Part shown: in pieces, positions 1 through 7,459 of the stretch
How the letters are laid out: every line of letters starts with the position of its first letter
How positions within the stretch are numbered: position 1 is the stretch's first letter
DNA from: Betaproteobacteria bacterium RIFCSPLOWO2_02_FULL_66_14
Lineage (GTDB): Bacteria > Pseudomonadota > Gammaproteobacteria > Burkholderiales > SG8-39
Direction of reading: 5' to 3'
DNA: 43,977 nucleotides
Assembly (NCBI GenBank): GCA_001770475.1
Contig: MERB01000016.1
Location: 23,274 to 67,250, forward strand
The notes under the pieces: model-generated
What the model was told of the DNA's origin: nothing
Database searches by the model: none
What the model saw: the letters and a program-made list of their open reading frames with translations, nothing else
Made by a program: the position numbers and the translations under genes

Positions 1-351
1 CGAGTAGCGCCCGCCGACGCGGTGCAGGTCCGGGCCGGTGCGCTTCGATCCCCACTGGAACGGATGGTCGTAGACGAATTCGCCCGCCACCGAGTAGTGC
101 CCGTAGCGCTCCACTTCGGCGCGCAGCGGTCGCACCATCTGGGAGTGGCAGTTGTAGCAGCCTTCGCGGATGTAGACGTCGCGCCCGGTGAGTTCCAGCG
201 CGGTGTACGGCTTGAGGCCCGCGACCGGCTCGGTCATCGTCTTCATGAACGACAGCGGCACGATCTCGACCAGCCCGCCGACTGCGATCACGAGGATGAC
301 CAGGACGATCAGGAGCGCCTGGTTGCGCTCGATCATGTCGTGGGTGAGCAT
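1..351 (-). CDS. ccoO: cbb3-type cytochrome c oxidase subunit II (CcoO), first 117 codons only; gene runs off the left edge
   Basis: Absent from the ORF track because no stop lies in the window. My translation of the reverse complement from 351 reads [33 protein letters not shown]...[26 protein letters not shown]...[20 protein letters not shown]. It shows an N-terminal TM helix, one CxxCH and the conserved [10 protein letters not shown] segment. The ATG lies 16 nt after the ccoN stop and is preceded by GGAAAGGGG. Confidence 0.93.
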   Translation of the reverse strand, partial: MLTHDMIERNQALLIVLVILVIAVGGLVEIVPLSFMKTMTEPVAGLKPYTALELTGRDVYIREGCYNCHSQMVRPLRAEVERYGHYSVAGEFVYDHPFQWGSKRTGPDLHRVGGRYS

Positions 352-367
352 CCGGTTTCCCCTTTCC

Positions 368-1789
368 TCAGGCATGCGCGGGCGCCGGAATCGGCGCATC
401 GACCGGTTTCGTGCCGGCCACCGTCTTCCACACGTTGTAGAGCATGACCAGCATGCCGGCGAGGTACAGCACGCCGCCCAGCAGGCGGATGGCATAGAAC
501 GGGTAGGTCGCCTTGACGCTCTCCACGAAGGTGTAGGTGAGCGTGCCGTCGGCGCTCACGCCGCGCCACATCAGCCCCTGCATCACCCCGGCGATCCACA
601 TCGCCGCGATGTACAGCACGATGCCGATCGTGGCGATCCAGAAGTGCGTGTTGATCAGGCGCACCGAGTGCATCTCGGTGCGGCCAAAGAGCCGCGGCAC
701 GAGGTGGTAGATGCAGCCGATGCTCACCAGCCCGACCCAGCCAAGCGCGCCGCTGTGGACGTGGCCGATGGTCCAGTCGGTGTAGTGCGACAGCGCGTTC
801 ACCGTCTTGATCGACATCATCGGCCCTTCGAAGGTCGACATGCCGTAGAACGACAGTGACACGACGAGGAACTTGAGGATCGGATCGGTGCGCAGTTTGT
901 GCCAGGCGCCCGAGAGCGTCATGATGCCGTTGATCATCCCGCCCCAGGAAGGCGCGAGCAGGATGAGCGAAAACAGCATCCCGAGCGACTGCGCCCAGTC
1001 GGGCAGCGCGGTGTAGTGCAGGTGGTGCGGGCCGGCCCACATGTAGGTGAAGATCAGGGCCCAGAAATGCACCACCGACAGGCGATACGAGTACACCGGG
1101 CGCTCGGCCTGTTTCGGGATGAAGTAGTACATCATCCCGAGGAAGCCCGCGGTGAGGAAGAAACCGACCGCGTTGTGCCCATACCACCACTGCACCATCG
1201 CGTCCTGCGCGCCGCTGTAGGCCGAGTAGGATTTCCAGAGACTCACGGGAATCGCCGCGCTATTGACGATGTGCAGCACCGCGACCGTGATGATGAAGGC
1301 GCCGAAAAACCAGTTGGCGACGTAGATGTGTGCGATGCGCCGCTTGAACAGCGTGCCGAAGAACACCACTGCGTAGGCCACCCAGACCAGCGTGATCAGG
1401 ATGTCGATCGGCCATTCGAGCTCGGCGTACTCCTTGCCCGAGGTGTAGCCGAGCGGCAGCGTGACGGCGGCGAGCACGATCACCGCCTGCCAGCCCCAGA
1501 AGGTGAAGGCGGCAAGGCGATCGCCGAACAGGCGCGCATGGCAGGTACGCTGCACGACGTAATAGGAAGTCGCGAACAGGGCGCAGCCGCCGAAAGCGAA
1601 GATCACGGCGTTGGTGTGCAGTGGCCGCAGCCGGCCGTAGCTCAGCCAGGGCACATCGAAGTTCAGCTCCGGCCACAGCAGCTGCGCCGCGATGACCACG
1701 CCGACCAGCATGCCCACGACGCCCCAAACCACGGTCATGATCGCGAACTGCCGGACGACGGTGTAGTTGTAGCTGCCTTCGGTGGACAT
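368..1789 (-). CDS. ccoN: cbb3-type cytochrome c oxidase subunit I (CcoN)
   Basis: ORF 368..1855 shows haem-copper oxidase subunit I features ([49 protein letters not shown]; many TM segments). I trimmed the start to the internal ATG at 1789 ([12 protein letters not shown]). The longer N-terminus would cover the FNR box at 1849-1862 and looks non-coding. Confidence 0.95.
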   Translation of the reverse strand: MSTEGSYNYTVVRQFAIMTVVWGVVGMLVGVVIAAQLLWPELNFDVPWLSYGRLRPLHTNAVIFAFGGCALFATSYYVVQRTCHARLFGDRLAAFTFWGWQAVIVLAAVTLPLGYTSGKEYAELEWPIDILITLVWVAYAVVFFGTLFKRRIAHIYVANWFFGAFIITVAVLHIVNSAAIPVSLWKSYSAYSGAQDAMVQWWYGHNAVGFFLTAGFLGMMYYFIPKQAERPVYSYRLSVVHFWALIFTYMWAGPHHLHYTALPDWAQSLGMLFSLILLAPSWGGMINGIMTLSGAWHKLRTDPILKFLVVSLSFYGMSTFEGPMMSIKTVNALSHYTDWTIGHVHSGALGWVGLVSIGCIYHLVPRLFGRTEMHSVRLINTHFWIATIGIVLYIAAMWIAGVMQGLMWRGVSADGTLTYTFVESVKATYPFYAIRLLGGVLYLAGMLVMLYNVWKTVAGTKPVDAPIPAPAHA

Positions 1790-1848
1790 ACGGGGCCCCG
1801 CGATGCGCGATGAATCGAAAAATCGTAAGGCGCCAGCCCCTCGCGGGG

Positions 1849-1862
1849 TTGACATGGATCAA
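1849..1862. promoter_or_regulatory. FNR/Dnr-type box TTGACATGGATCAA upstream of ccoN
   Basis: Palindrome TTGAC-N4-ATCAA centred ~66 bp upstream of the ccoN ATG at 1789. ccoNOQP operons are classically FNR/Anr-activated from such sites. Confidence 0.8.
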
Positions 1863-2852
1863 TCAAATCGGAGGCCTTGGGGGGACGAGGATCGCGGCCC
1901 CGGCCAGACGGGCTTCGCGCAACGCGGCGAGCGCCTCGTTCGCTTCGGCAAGCGCGAAGTGCGCGGTCGCGATCCGGAGTGGAACCGCAGCGGCGATACG
2001 CATGAACGCTTCGGCGTCGGCGCGCGTGAGGTTCGCCACCGACTGGATGCGACGCTCGCCCCACAGGAGCGCGTAGGGAAACGCGGGGATGTCGCTCATG
2101 TGGATCCCGCCGCACACGACCGAACCGCCTTTGCGCACGGCGGCGAGCGCTTGCGGCACGAGCGCTCCGACAGGCGCGAAGAGGATCGCGGCGTCGAGCG
2201 CTTCGGGCGGCGCGCTCGTCGAATCCCCCGCCCAGTCCACGCCGCAACTCAAAGCAAAACGCTGCGCCTCGGCGTCGCCGGGCCTGCAGAACGCGTACAC
2301 GGCCCGGCCCTCGTGCTTCGCCACCTGCGCGACGATGTGCGCGGCGGCGCCGAAGCCGTAGATCCCGAGTCGCCGGGCGTCGCCCGCGATCGCGAGCGAG
2401 CGGTAACCAATCACCCCGGCGCACAGCAGCGGCGCGGCTTCCTCGTCGCCATAGCCCGGCGGAATCGCGACGCAGTAGCGCTCGTCGGCGAGCACGTACT
2501 CGGCGTAGCCGCCGTCGAGATCGTAGCCCGTGAAGCGCGCCTCGTCGCAGAGGTTTTCGCACCCGGCGCGACAGTGATCGCATTCACCGCAGGTCGCGCC
2601 GAGCCAGGGCACGCCGACGCGGTCGCCCACCCGGTAGCGCGTTGCCGACGCCCCCGCCGCCGCCACCCGGCCGACGATTTCGTGCCCCGGCGTGAGCGGC
2701 CGTCGACCGCCCGCCAGTTCGCCATCGACGATATGCAGGTCGGTACGGCACACACCGCAAGCGAGCACCTCGAGCAACACCTGTCCCCTTCCAGGCTCAC
2801 TCAGCGGCAAACGCGATTCCTCGAGCGGCCCGCGCGGCCCACGCAGCCGCAT
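1863..2852 (-). CDS. zinc-dependent alcohol dehydrogenase family oxidoreductase
   Basis: ORF 1863..2885. It carries the catalytic Zn motif CGVCRTDLH, GHEIVG, the structural Zn cluster CGECDHCRAGCENLC, and a Rossmann GIYGFGAAAH. The start was set at the ATG at 2852 (MRLRGPRGPLEE). The 11-codon GTG extension to 2885 is encoded by one arm of the palindrome at 2859-2933 and is probably an artefact. Confidence 0.85.
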   Translation of the reverse strand: MRLRGPRGPLEESRLPLSEPGRGQVLLEVLACGVCRTDLHIVDGELAGGRRPLTPGHEIVGRVAAAGASATRYRVGDRVGVPWLGATCGECDHCRAGCENLCDEARFTGYDLDGGYAEYVLADERYCVAIPPGYGDEEAAPLLCAGVIGYRSLAIAGDARRLGIYGFGAAAHIVAQVAKHEGRAVYAFCRPGDAEAQRFALSCGVDWAGDSTSAPPEALDAAILFAPVGALVPQALAAVRKGGSVVCGGIHMSDIPAFPYALLWGERRIQSVANLTRADAEAFMRIAAAVPLRIATAHFALAEANEALAALREARLAGAAILVPPRPPI

Positions 2853-2858
2853 CGCCCG

Positions 2859-2933
2859 AAAATCAGGGACAGACCACGATTTCACCGGTCCTTCCCGTCG
2901 GGCTTATGGAAATCGTGGTCTGTCCCCGATTTT
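2859..2933. repeat. 75-bp imperfect palindrome (25-bp arms, 1 mismatch, 25-nt spacer); likely hairpin or bidirectional terminator-like element
   Basis: The left arm is aaaatcagggacagaccacgatttc (2859-2883). The right arm is gaaatcgtggtctgtccccgatttt (2909-2933). An A-run precedes and a T-run follows. It lies between the ccoS 3' end and the adh start. Confidence 0.7.
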
Positions 2934-3073
2934 TCGTCGTCATCGAGAATCGAGTAGCCCGGGCGATCGAGATCGTCGAACTGGCCGCCGTGCAGCGCGC
3001 GCCAGAACACCCAGCCGATCAGGAATACGAGCGCGACCGAGAGGGGAACGAGGAGGTAGAGGCTGCTTTCCAT
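2882..3073 (-). CDS. ccoS: cbb3 oxidase maturation protein CcoS (FixS)
   Basis: The last 63 codons of track ORF 2882..4183 read MESSLYLLVPLSVALVFLIGWVFWRALHGGQFDDLDRPGYSILDDDEK... This is a typical CcoS N-terminal TM helix plus an acidic tail. It sits directly after ccoI. The C-terminal ~17 codons are encoded by the palindrome. Confidence 0.85.
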   Translation of the reverse strand: MESSLYLLVPLSVALVFLIGWVFWRALHGGQFDDLDRPGYSILDDDEKSGTDHDFHKPDGKDR

Positions 3074-5478
3074 GTGGCGTGACCCGGTTCCCTCGTCGCA
3101 ACGCGCAGCGCGTTCAGCACCACGATGAACGAACTCGCCGCCATGCCGACCGCGGCTTCCCAGGGCCCGACCCAGCCGGCCGCGGCGAGCGGCAGCGCGA
3201 GCGCATTGTAGGCGAGCGCCCAGCCGAAATTCTGCCGGATCACGCGCATCGTTCCGCGCGCCTGCGCAAACGCCGCACCGACCGACGCGAGGCGTTCGCC
3301 CGTCAGCACCAGATCGGATTGCAACTGCGCGATTTCCGATCCGCCGCCCATCGCGATCGAGACATCGGCGCGCGCGAGTACCGGCGCATCGTTCAATCCG
3401 TCGCCGAGCATCGCCACGACGCGCCCCTCGGCCTGCAGCCGCTCGACGTAGGCGAACTTCGCCTGCGGCGTCGCGCCGCCGGAGAAGTTCTCGATGCCGA
3501 GCGCCTTCGCCAGCGGCTCGACCACCCGCGGATCGTCGCCGCTCACGAGGTGCACGCGCAGTCCGCCCGCGATCAGGTCCTGCACCAGGCGCGCCGCATC
3601 GGGCCGCAGCGGGTCTTCGAACGTGAACCGGGCGAGCCAGCCGCCCTCGTCGGCGAGCCACGCCGAACTGCGTGCCTCGATCTCGCGTGGCGCGGGTCCA
3701 GCAAGCGCGCCGCAGAACGCGGCAGCGCCGATTCGCAGGCGTCGTCCCGCCACCACCGCGTCGATGCCGTGCCCCGGATGATTCACGATCTCCGACACGC
3801 CCTGCGCCTGCGGGCCATCCCCGAAGGCGCGCGCGATCGGATGCCGGCTGGAGGATTCGAGCGCGCGAGCGAGCGAAAGGCATTGCGCCCGGTCGAGATC
3901 GCCGAGCGGCTCCGCGTCCGCAAGCGCCATTCGACCCGTGCTCAGCGTGCCGGTCTTGTCGAGCACGATGTCGGTCGCGCGAGCGAGCGACTCGAGCGCC
4001 CCCGAGCGCGTCAGCGCGACGCCGCGCTCGAGCATCCGGCCCACCGCCGCCGTGAGCGCGATCGGCGCCGCGAGCGCCAGTGCGCAGGGGCAGGTGACGA
4101 CGAGCACGGCGACCGCGACCCACGGATCGCGCCACCACAGGAGCGCGCCGAACGCGACCGCAACGACGACGTAGGTCAGCCAATGCGCGATCCGGTCCGC
4201 GCTCGCCACCAGCGCCGGTTTCGCCGCCGCGGCGCGCTCCACGAGCCGCGCGATCGCCGCCACCGCGGTCTCCGCGCCGACGCGCGTCACGCGCATCACG
4301 AGCGGCTGCTCGACGTTCACAGAGCCGCCGATCAGCGCCGCGCCCGCGTCCTTCCTGACCGGGAGCGATTCACCGGTGAGCAGCGATTCGTCCGCGCTCG
4401 AGATTCCGCTTTCCACGATGCCGTCGGCGGGCACGCGTTCGCCGGGCGGCACGACGACCCGGTCGCCCGCGACGAGCGCGTGCGCGGGAACGCTTTCCGT
4501 CGCCCCGCCGGCGAACCGCAACGCGAACGAAGGCATCCAGCGCGAAAGGCGGTCGAGCCCGCGCGCCGCCCGCCCGCGCGCGAGCAACTCCGCATAGCGG
4601 GCGCCGAGCAGGAGAAACACGAGCATGCTGATGGAGTCGAAATACACTTCGCCCGTGGCGCTGACCGTCGCCCAGACGCTCGCCGCGAAACCGGCGGCGA
4701 TGCCGAGCGCGATCGGCGTGTCGAGCCCGAATCGCCCGAGTTTCAAATCGCGCCAGGCAGCGCCGAAAAACGGCCCGCAGCTGAACAGGATCACGGGCAA
4801 CGTCAGCGCAAGACTCGCCCAACGCAGCACCTGCGCGCTTTCCGGCGACAGGGTTGCACCGCCGTCCAGATACGCCGGGATCGCATACATCATCACCTGC
4901 ATGGCGCCAAACCCGGCGACGAACAGCCGCCACAGCGCCGAACGCTTTTCAGCGCGCGCGAGATCGACCTGGCGCTGCGGATCGAACGGATAGGCCTCGT
5001 AGCCGATGGCGCGGATCGCTTCGATGATTCGCGACAACCGTGTTGCGCGCTCGTCCCATTCGATCTGAGCGCGGTGCGTCGCGTAGTTGACGTCGACCCG
5101 CAGCAGTCCCGGGAGTTTTCGCAGCCACTGCTCGTTCAGCCACAGGCAGGCCGCGCAGCGGATGCGATCGAGGATCAGCGTCGCAGCGTGCGAATGCTCG
5201 CCGACGCGCAGCGCGAACTGCCGCTGCGCCGCCGGGTCGTCGTAGGCTTCGAGGGGCGGCAGATCCTGCGGCCGCGGGCCCGCCGCCGAACGCGTTTCGT
5301 AGTAGTTCGCGAAGCCCGCGGCGACGATGGTGTCCGCGACCGCGCGGCAACCGCCGCAGCAGAACTCGCGCTCTGCGCCGAGCACGGGCGAGCGCCAGCG
5401 GCGCACCTCGAGTACCGGCGCGCCGCAGTGAAAACAGCCGGGCAGCGCCTCCGAGGCGCCACCCGCGGGGGCGGGCAC
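3019..5478 (-). CDS. ccoI: copper-translocating P1B-type ATPase CcoI/FixI
   Basis: 819-aa ORF with N-terminal Cys motifs (CFHCGAPV, CCGGC), the membrane CPC site (VVTCPCALALAAP), the phosphorylation motif DKTGTLS and the hinge GDGLNDAP. It overlaps the ccoS start by 55 nt. Confidence 0.93.
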   Translation of the reverse strand: MPAPAGGASEALPGCFHCGAPVLEVRRWRSPVLGAEREFCCGGCRAVADTIVAAGFANYYETRSAAGPRPQDLPPLEAYDDPAAQRQFALRVGEHSHAATLILDRIRCAACLWLNEQWLRKLPGLLRVDVNYATHRAQIEWDERATRLSRIIEAIRAIGYEAYPFDPQRQVDLARAEKRSALWRLFVAGFGAMQVMMYAIPAYLDGGATLSPESAQVLRWASLALTLPVILFSCGPFFGAAWRDLKLGRFGLDTPIALGIAAGFAASVWATVSATGEVYFDSISMLVFLLLGARYAELLARGRAARGLDRLSRWMPSFALRFAGGATESVPAHALVAGDRVVVPPGERVPADGIVESGISSADESLLTGESLPVRKDAGAALIGGSVNVEQPLVMRVTRVGAETAVAAIARLVERAAAAKPALVASADRIAHWLTYVVVAVAFGALLWWRDPWVAVAVLVVTCPCALALAAPIALTAAVGRMLERGVALTRSGALESLARATDIVLDKTGTLSTGRMALADAEPLGDLDRAQCLSLARALESSSRHPIARAFGDGPQAQGVSEIVNHPGHGIDAVVAGRRLRIGAAAFCGALAGPAPREIEARSSAWLADEGGWLARFTFEDPLRPDAARLVQDLIAGGLRVHLVSGDDPRVVEPLAKALGIENFSGGATPQAKFAYVERLQAEGRVVAMLGDGLNDAPVLARADVSIAMGGGSEIAQLQSDLVLTGERLASVGAAFAQARGTMRVIRQNFGWALAYNALALPLAAAGWVGPWEAAVGMAASSFIVVLNALRVATREPGHATWKAASTSSFPSRSRSYS

Positions 5479-5498
5479 CTAGCCCGCCTCCGGATGCA

Positions 5499-5924
5499 TC
5501 AATGCACCGCCAGGCGCCGGGTCTGCGCGCTCGCCTTCTTGGGCAGGGTCAGTTCGAGCACCCCGTCCTTGTAGTTGGCGACCGCGCCCTGCGCGTCGAC
5601 ATCGGTCGGCAGCGTGAAGCTGCGCGACGCCATGCCGTAGTAGCGCTCGCCGTGCAGGACCTTGTCGCCTTCCTTCTTCTCGTGCTCGCGCTTGACCTCG
5701 GCGCGGATCGAGACCTGGTCGCCGTTGAGGTCGATCTGGATGTCGTCCTTCTTCACACCGGGAATTTCCGCGTCCACCTTGTAGGACTTGTCGTCTTCCT
5801 CGACATCGACCTTCATGCGCAACTCGGTCTCGCCCGGATAGGCGAACGGCCGCACCCAGTACCCCTTGTTGAAGTCGCCCAACAAGTCGTCCAGCAAACT
5901 GCCATAGCGTTGAATGTTTGCCAT
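5499..5924 (-). CDS. Hsp20/alpha-crystallin family small heat-shock protein
   Basis: 141 aa with an alpha-crystallin domain pattern (SYKVDAEIPGVKKDDIQIDLNGDQVSIRAE...ERYYGMASRSFTLP...ANYKDGVLELTLPK). It ends 20 nt before the ccoI start. Confidence 0.92.
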   Translation of the reverse strand: MANIQRYGSLLDDLLGDFNKGYWVRPFAYPGETELRMKVDVEEDDKSYKVDAEIPGVKKDDIQIDLNGDQVSIRAEVKREHEKKEGDKVLHGERYYGMASRSFTLPTDVDAQGAVANYKDGVLELTLPKKASAQTRRLAVH

Positions 5925-6004
5925 CGTTGGCCTCCTTTCTGGCTGCTAGATGGGGTTGCACCCGGCCATCGTCAAGCAGCGTAAATCATTGCGCGGAATC
6001 CGTG

Positions 6005-6018
6005 TTGACGGGGGTCAA
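6005..6018. promoter_or_regulatory. FNR/Dnr-type box TTGACGGGGGTCAA in the hsp20 / Fe-S protein divergent intergenic region
   Basis: Palindrome TTGAC-N4-GTCAA. It lies ~98 bp upstream of the ATG at 6110 and ~87 bp upstream of the hsp20 ATG at 5924. Confidence 0.6.
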
Positions 6019-6109
6019 TCGGGTTTGCGCCAGCATAGGCCGACCGAATGCATCCGATTGCGAGAATCCATTTGTTCAATCGAGGCGACGGCCTGTAGAG
6101 TGCCCTCTT

Positions 6110-7459
6110 ATGACGACCCCGACCTCCACCCCGCGCGAAGGCAGCCTCGAGGCCCCCACCCGCCACGCGCTCGACTGGAAGAACCCCGAGTTCTACGATG
6201 CGGCGTCGCTCGACAGGGAACTCGAGCGCGTGTTCGACATCTGTCACGGCTGCCGCCGCTGCGTCAACCTGTGCACCGCGTTTCCCACGCTCTTCGACCT
6301 GGTCGACGCATCCCCCACGCTGGAAGTGGATGGCGTCGCGAAGGCCGATTTCCGCAAGGTGGTCGAGCAGTGCTACCTGTGCGACATGTGCTACATGACC
6401 AAGTGCCCGTACGTTCCGCCGCACGCCTGGAACGTGGATTTTCCCCACTTGATGCTGCGCGCGAAGGCCGCCCGCTTCCGGGAGCGCGGCGCGAGCTTCC
6501 GCGACCGGCTGCTGTCCTCGACCGACGCGCTCGGCAAGCTCGCTACGATTCCGATCGTGGTGCAGACGGTCAACGCACTCAATCGCAACGGCGCGGCGCG
6601 CACGGTGATGCAGGCGACGATCGGCGTGCACCGCGAGCGAAGACTGCCGCCGTACGCCGGCGCGAAGTTCCGCCCGAATGCGGCCCGCTCGCAGGAGTTC
6701 CAGGTGAAGGACGGCGCGAACACGCCCGGCAAGGTCGCGATTTTCTCGACCTGCTACGTCAACTACAACGAACCGGGAATGGGGCACGACCTCCTCGCCG
6801 TGCTCGCGCACAACGAGGTTCCTTACGTGATCGTGGAGAAGGAAGCCTGCTGCGGAATGCCGAAACTGGAACTCGGCGATCTCGAGAGCGTGGCGAAGCT
6901 CAAGGCGGTCAACATTCCGCCGCTGGCGAAGCTGGCGCGCGAGGGCTACGCGATTCTCACGCCGGTGCCCTCGTGCACGCTGATGTTCAAGCAGGAGCTG
7001 CCGTTGATGTTTCCAGGCGATGCCGACGTGAAGGCGGTGCAGGAGGCGATGTTCGATCCGTTCGAGTACCTGATCCTGCGCAACCGCGACGGCCTGCTGA
7101 AGAAGGATTTCAAACACAAGCTGGGCAGGGTCTCGTACCACATCCCGTGCCATTCGCGCGTGCAGAACGTCGGCCAGAAGACGCGCGAGATGCTCGAGCT
7201 GATCCCGGGCACCGAGGTGAACACCGTCGAGCGCTGCGCCGGCCACGACGGCACCTGGGGCGTGAAGCGCGAGTACTACGAGAACTCGATGAAGATCGGG
7301 CGGCCGGTGTTCCGCCAGATGGCTGGGACGCAACCCGACTACGTCGCCTCCGATTGCCCGATCGCCGGTCGCCACATCCTGCAGGGCATGGGCGCGGAGG
7401 CGAAGGGCGCCGAGAAGGCGCACCCGCTCACGCTGCTGCGCAAGGCCTACGGCCTCTGA
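6110..7459 (+). CDS. HdrD/GlpC-like (Fe-S)-binding oxidoreductase with CCG-type Cys-rich domains
   Basis: In ORF 5918..7459, starting at the ATG at 6110 (MTTPTSTPREG). It has two ferredoxin-type motifs (CHGCRRCVNLC and CYLCDMCYMTKCP), then Cys-rich C-terminal repeats including EACCGMP. Confidence 0.8.
   Translation: MTTPTSTPREGSLEAPTRHALDWKNPEFYDAASLDRELERVFDICHGCRRCVNLCTAFPTLFDLVDASPTLEVDGVAKADFRKVVEQCYLCDMCYMTKCPYVPPHAWNVDFPHLMLRAKAARFRERGASFRDRLLSSTDALGKLATIPIVVQTVNALNRNGAARTVMQATIGVHRERRLPPYAGAKFRPNAARSQEFQVKDGANTPGKVAIFSTCYVNYNEPGMGHDLLAVLAHNEVPYVIVEKEACCGMPKLELGDLESVAKLKAVNIPPLAKLAREGYAILTPVPSCTLMFKQELPLMFPGDADVKAVQEAMFDPFEYLILRNRDGLLKKDFKHKLGRVSYHIPCHSRVQNVGQKTREMLELIPGTEVNTVERCAGHDGTWGVKREYYENSMKIGRPVFRQMAGTQPDYVASDCPIAGRHILQGMGAEAKGAEKAHPLTLLRKAYGL

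Noticed and set aside
1790-1855. 22-codon N-terminal extension of ccoN (track start at 1855)
   Set aside because: It would place the start codon inside the FNR box at 1849-1862. The conserved CcoN sequence begins after the internal ATG at 1789.
2692-5574. 960-aa plus-strand ORF, the longest in the track
   Set aside because: It is entirely antisense to ccoI/ccoS. It is extremely Arg/Ala/Gly/Pro-rich with no recognisable motif, a typical high-GC shadow ORF, whereas the minus-strand frame has full P-type ATPase motifs.
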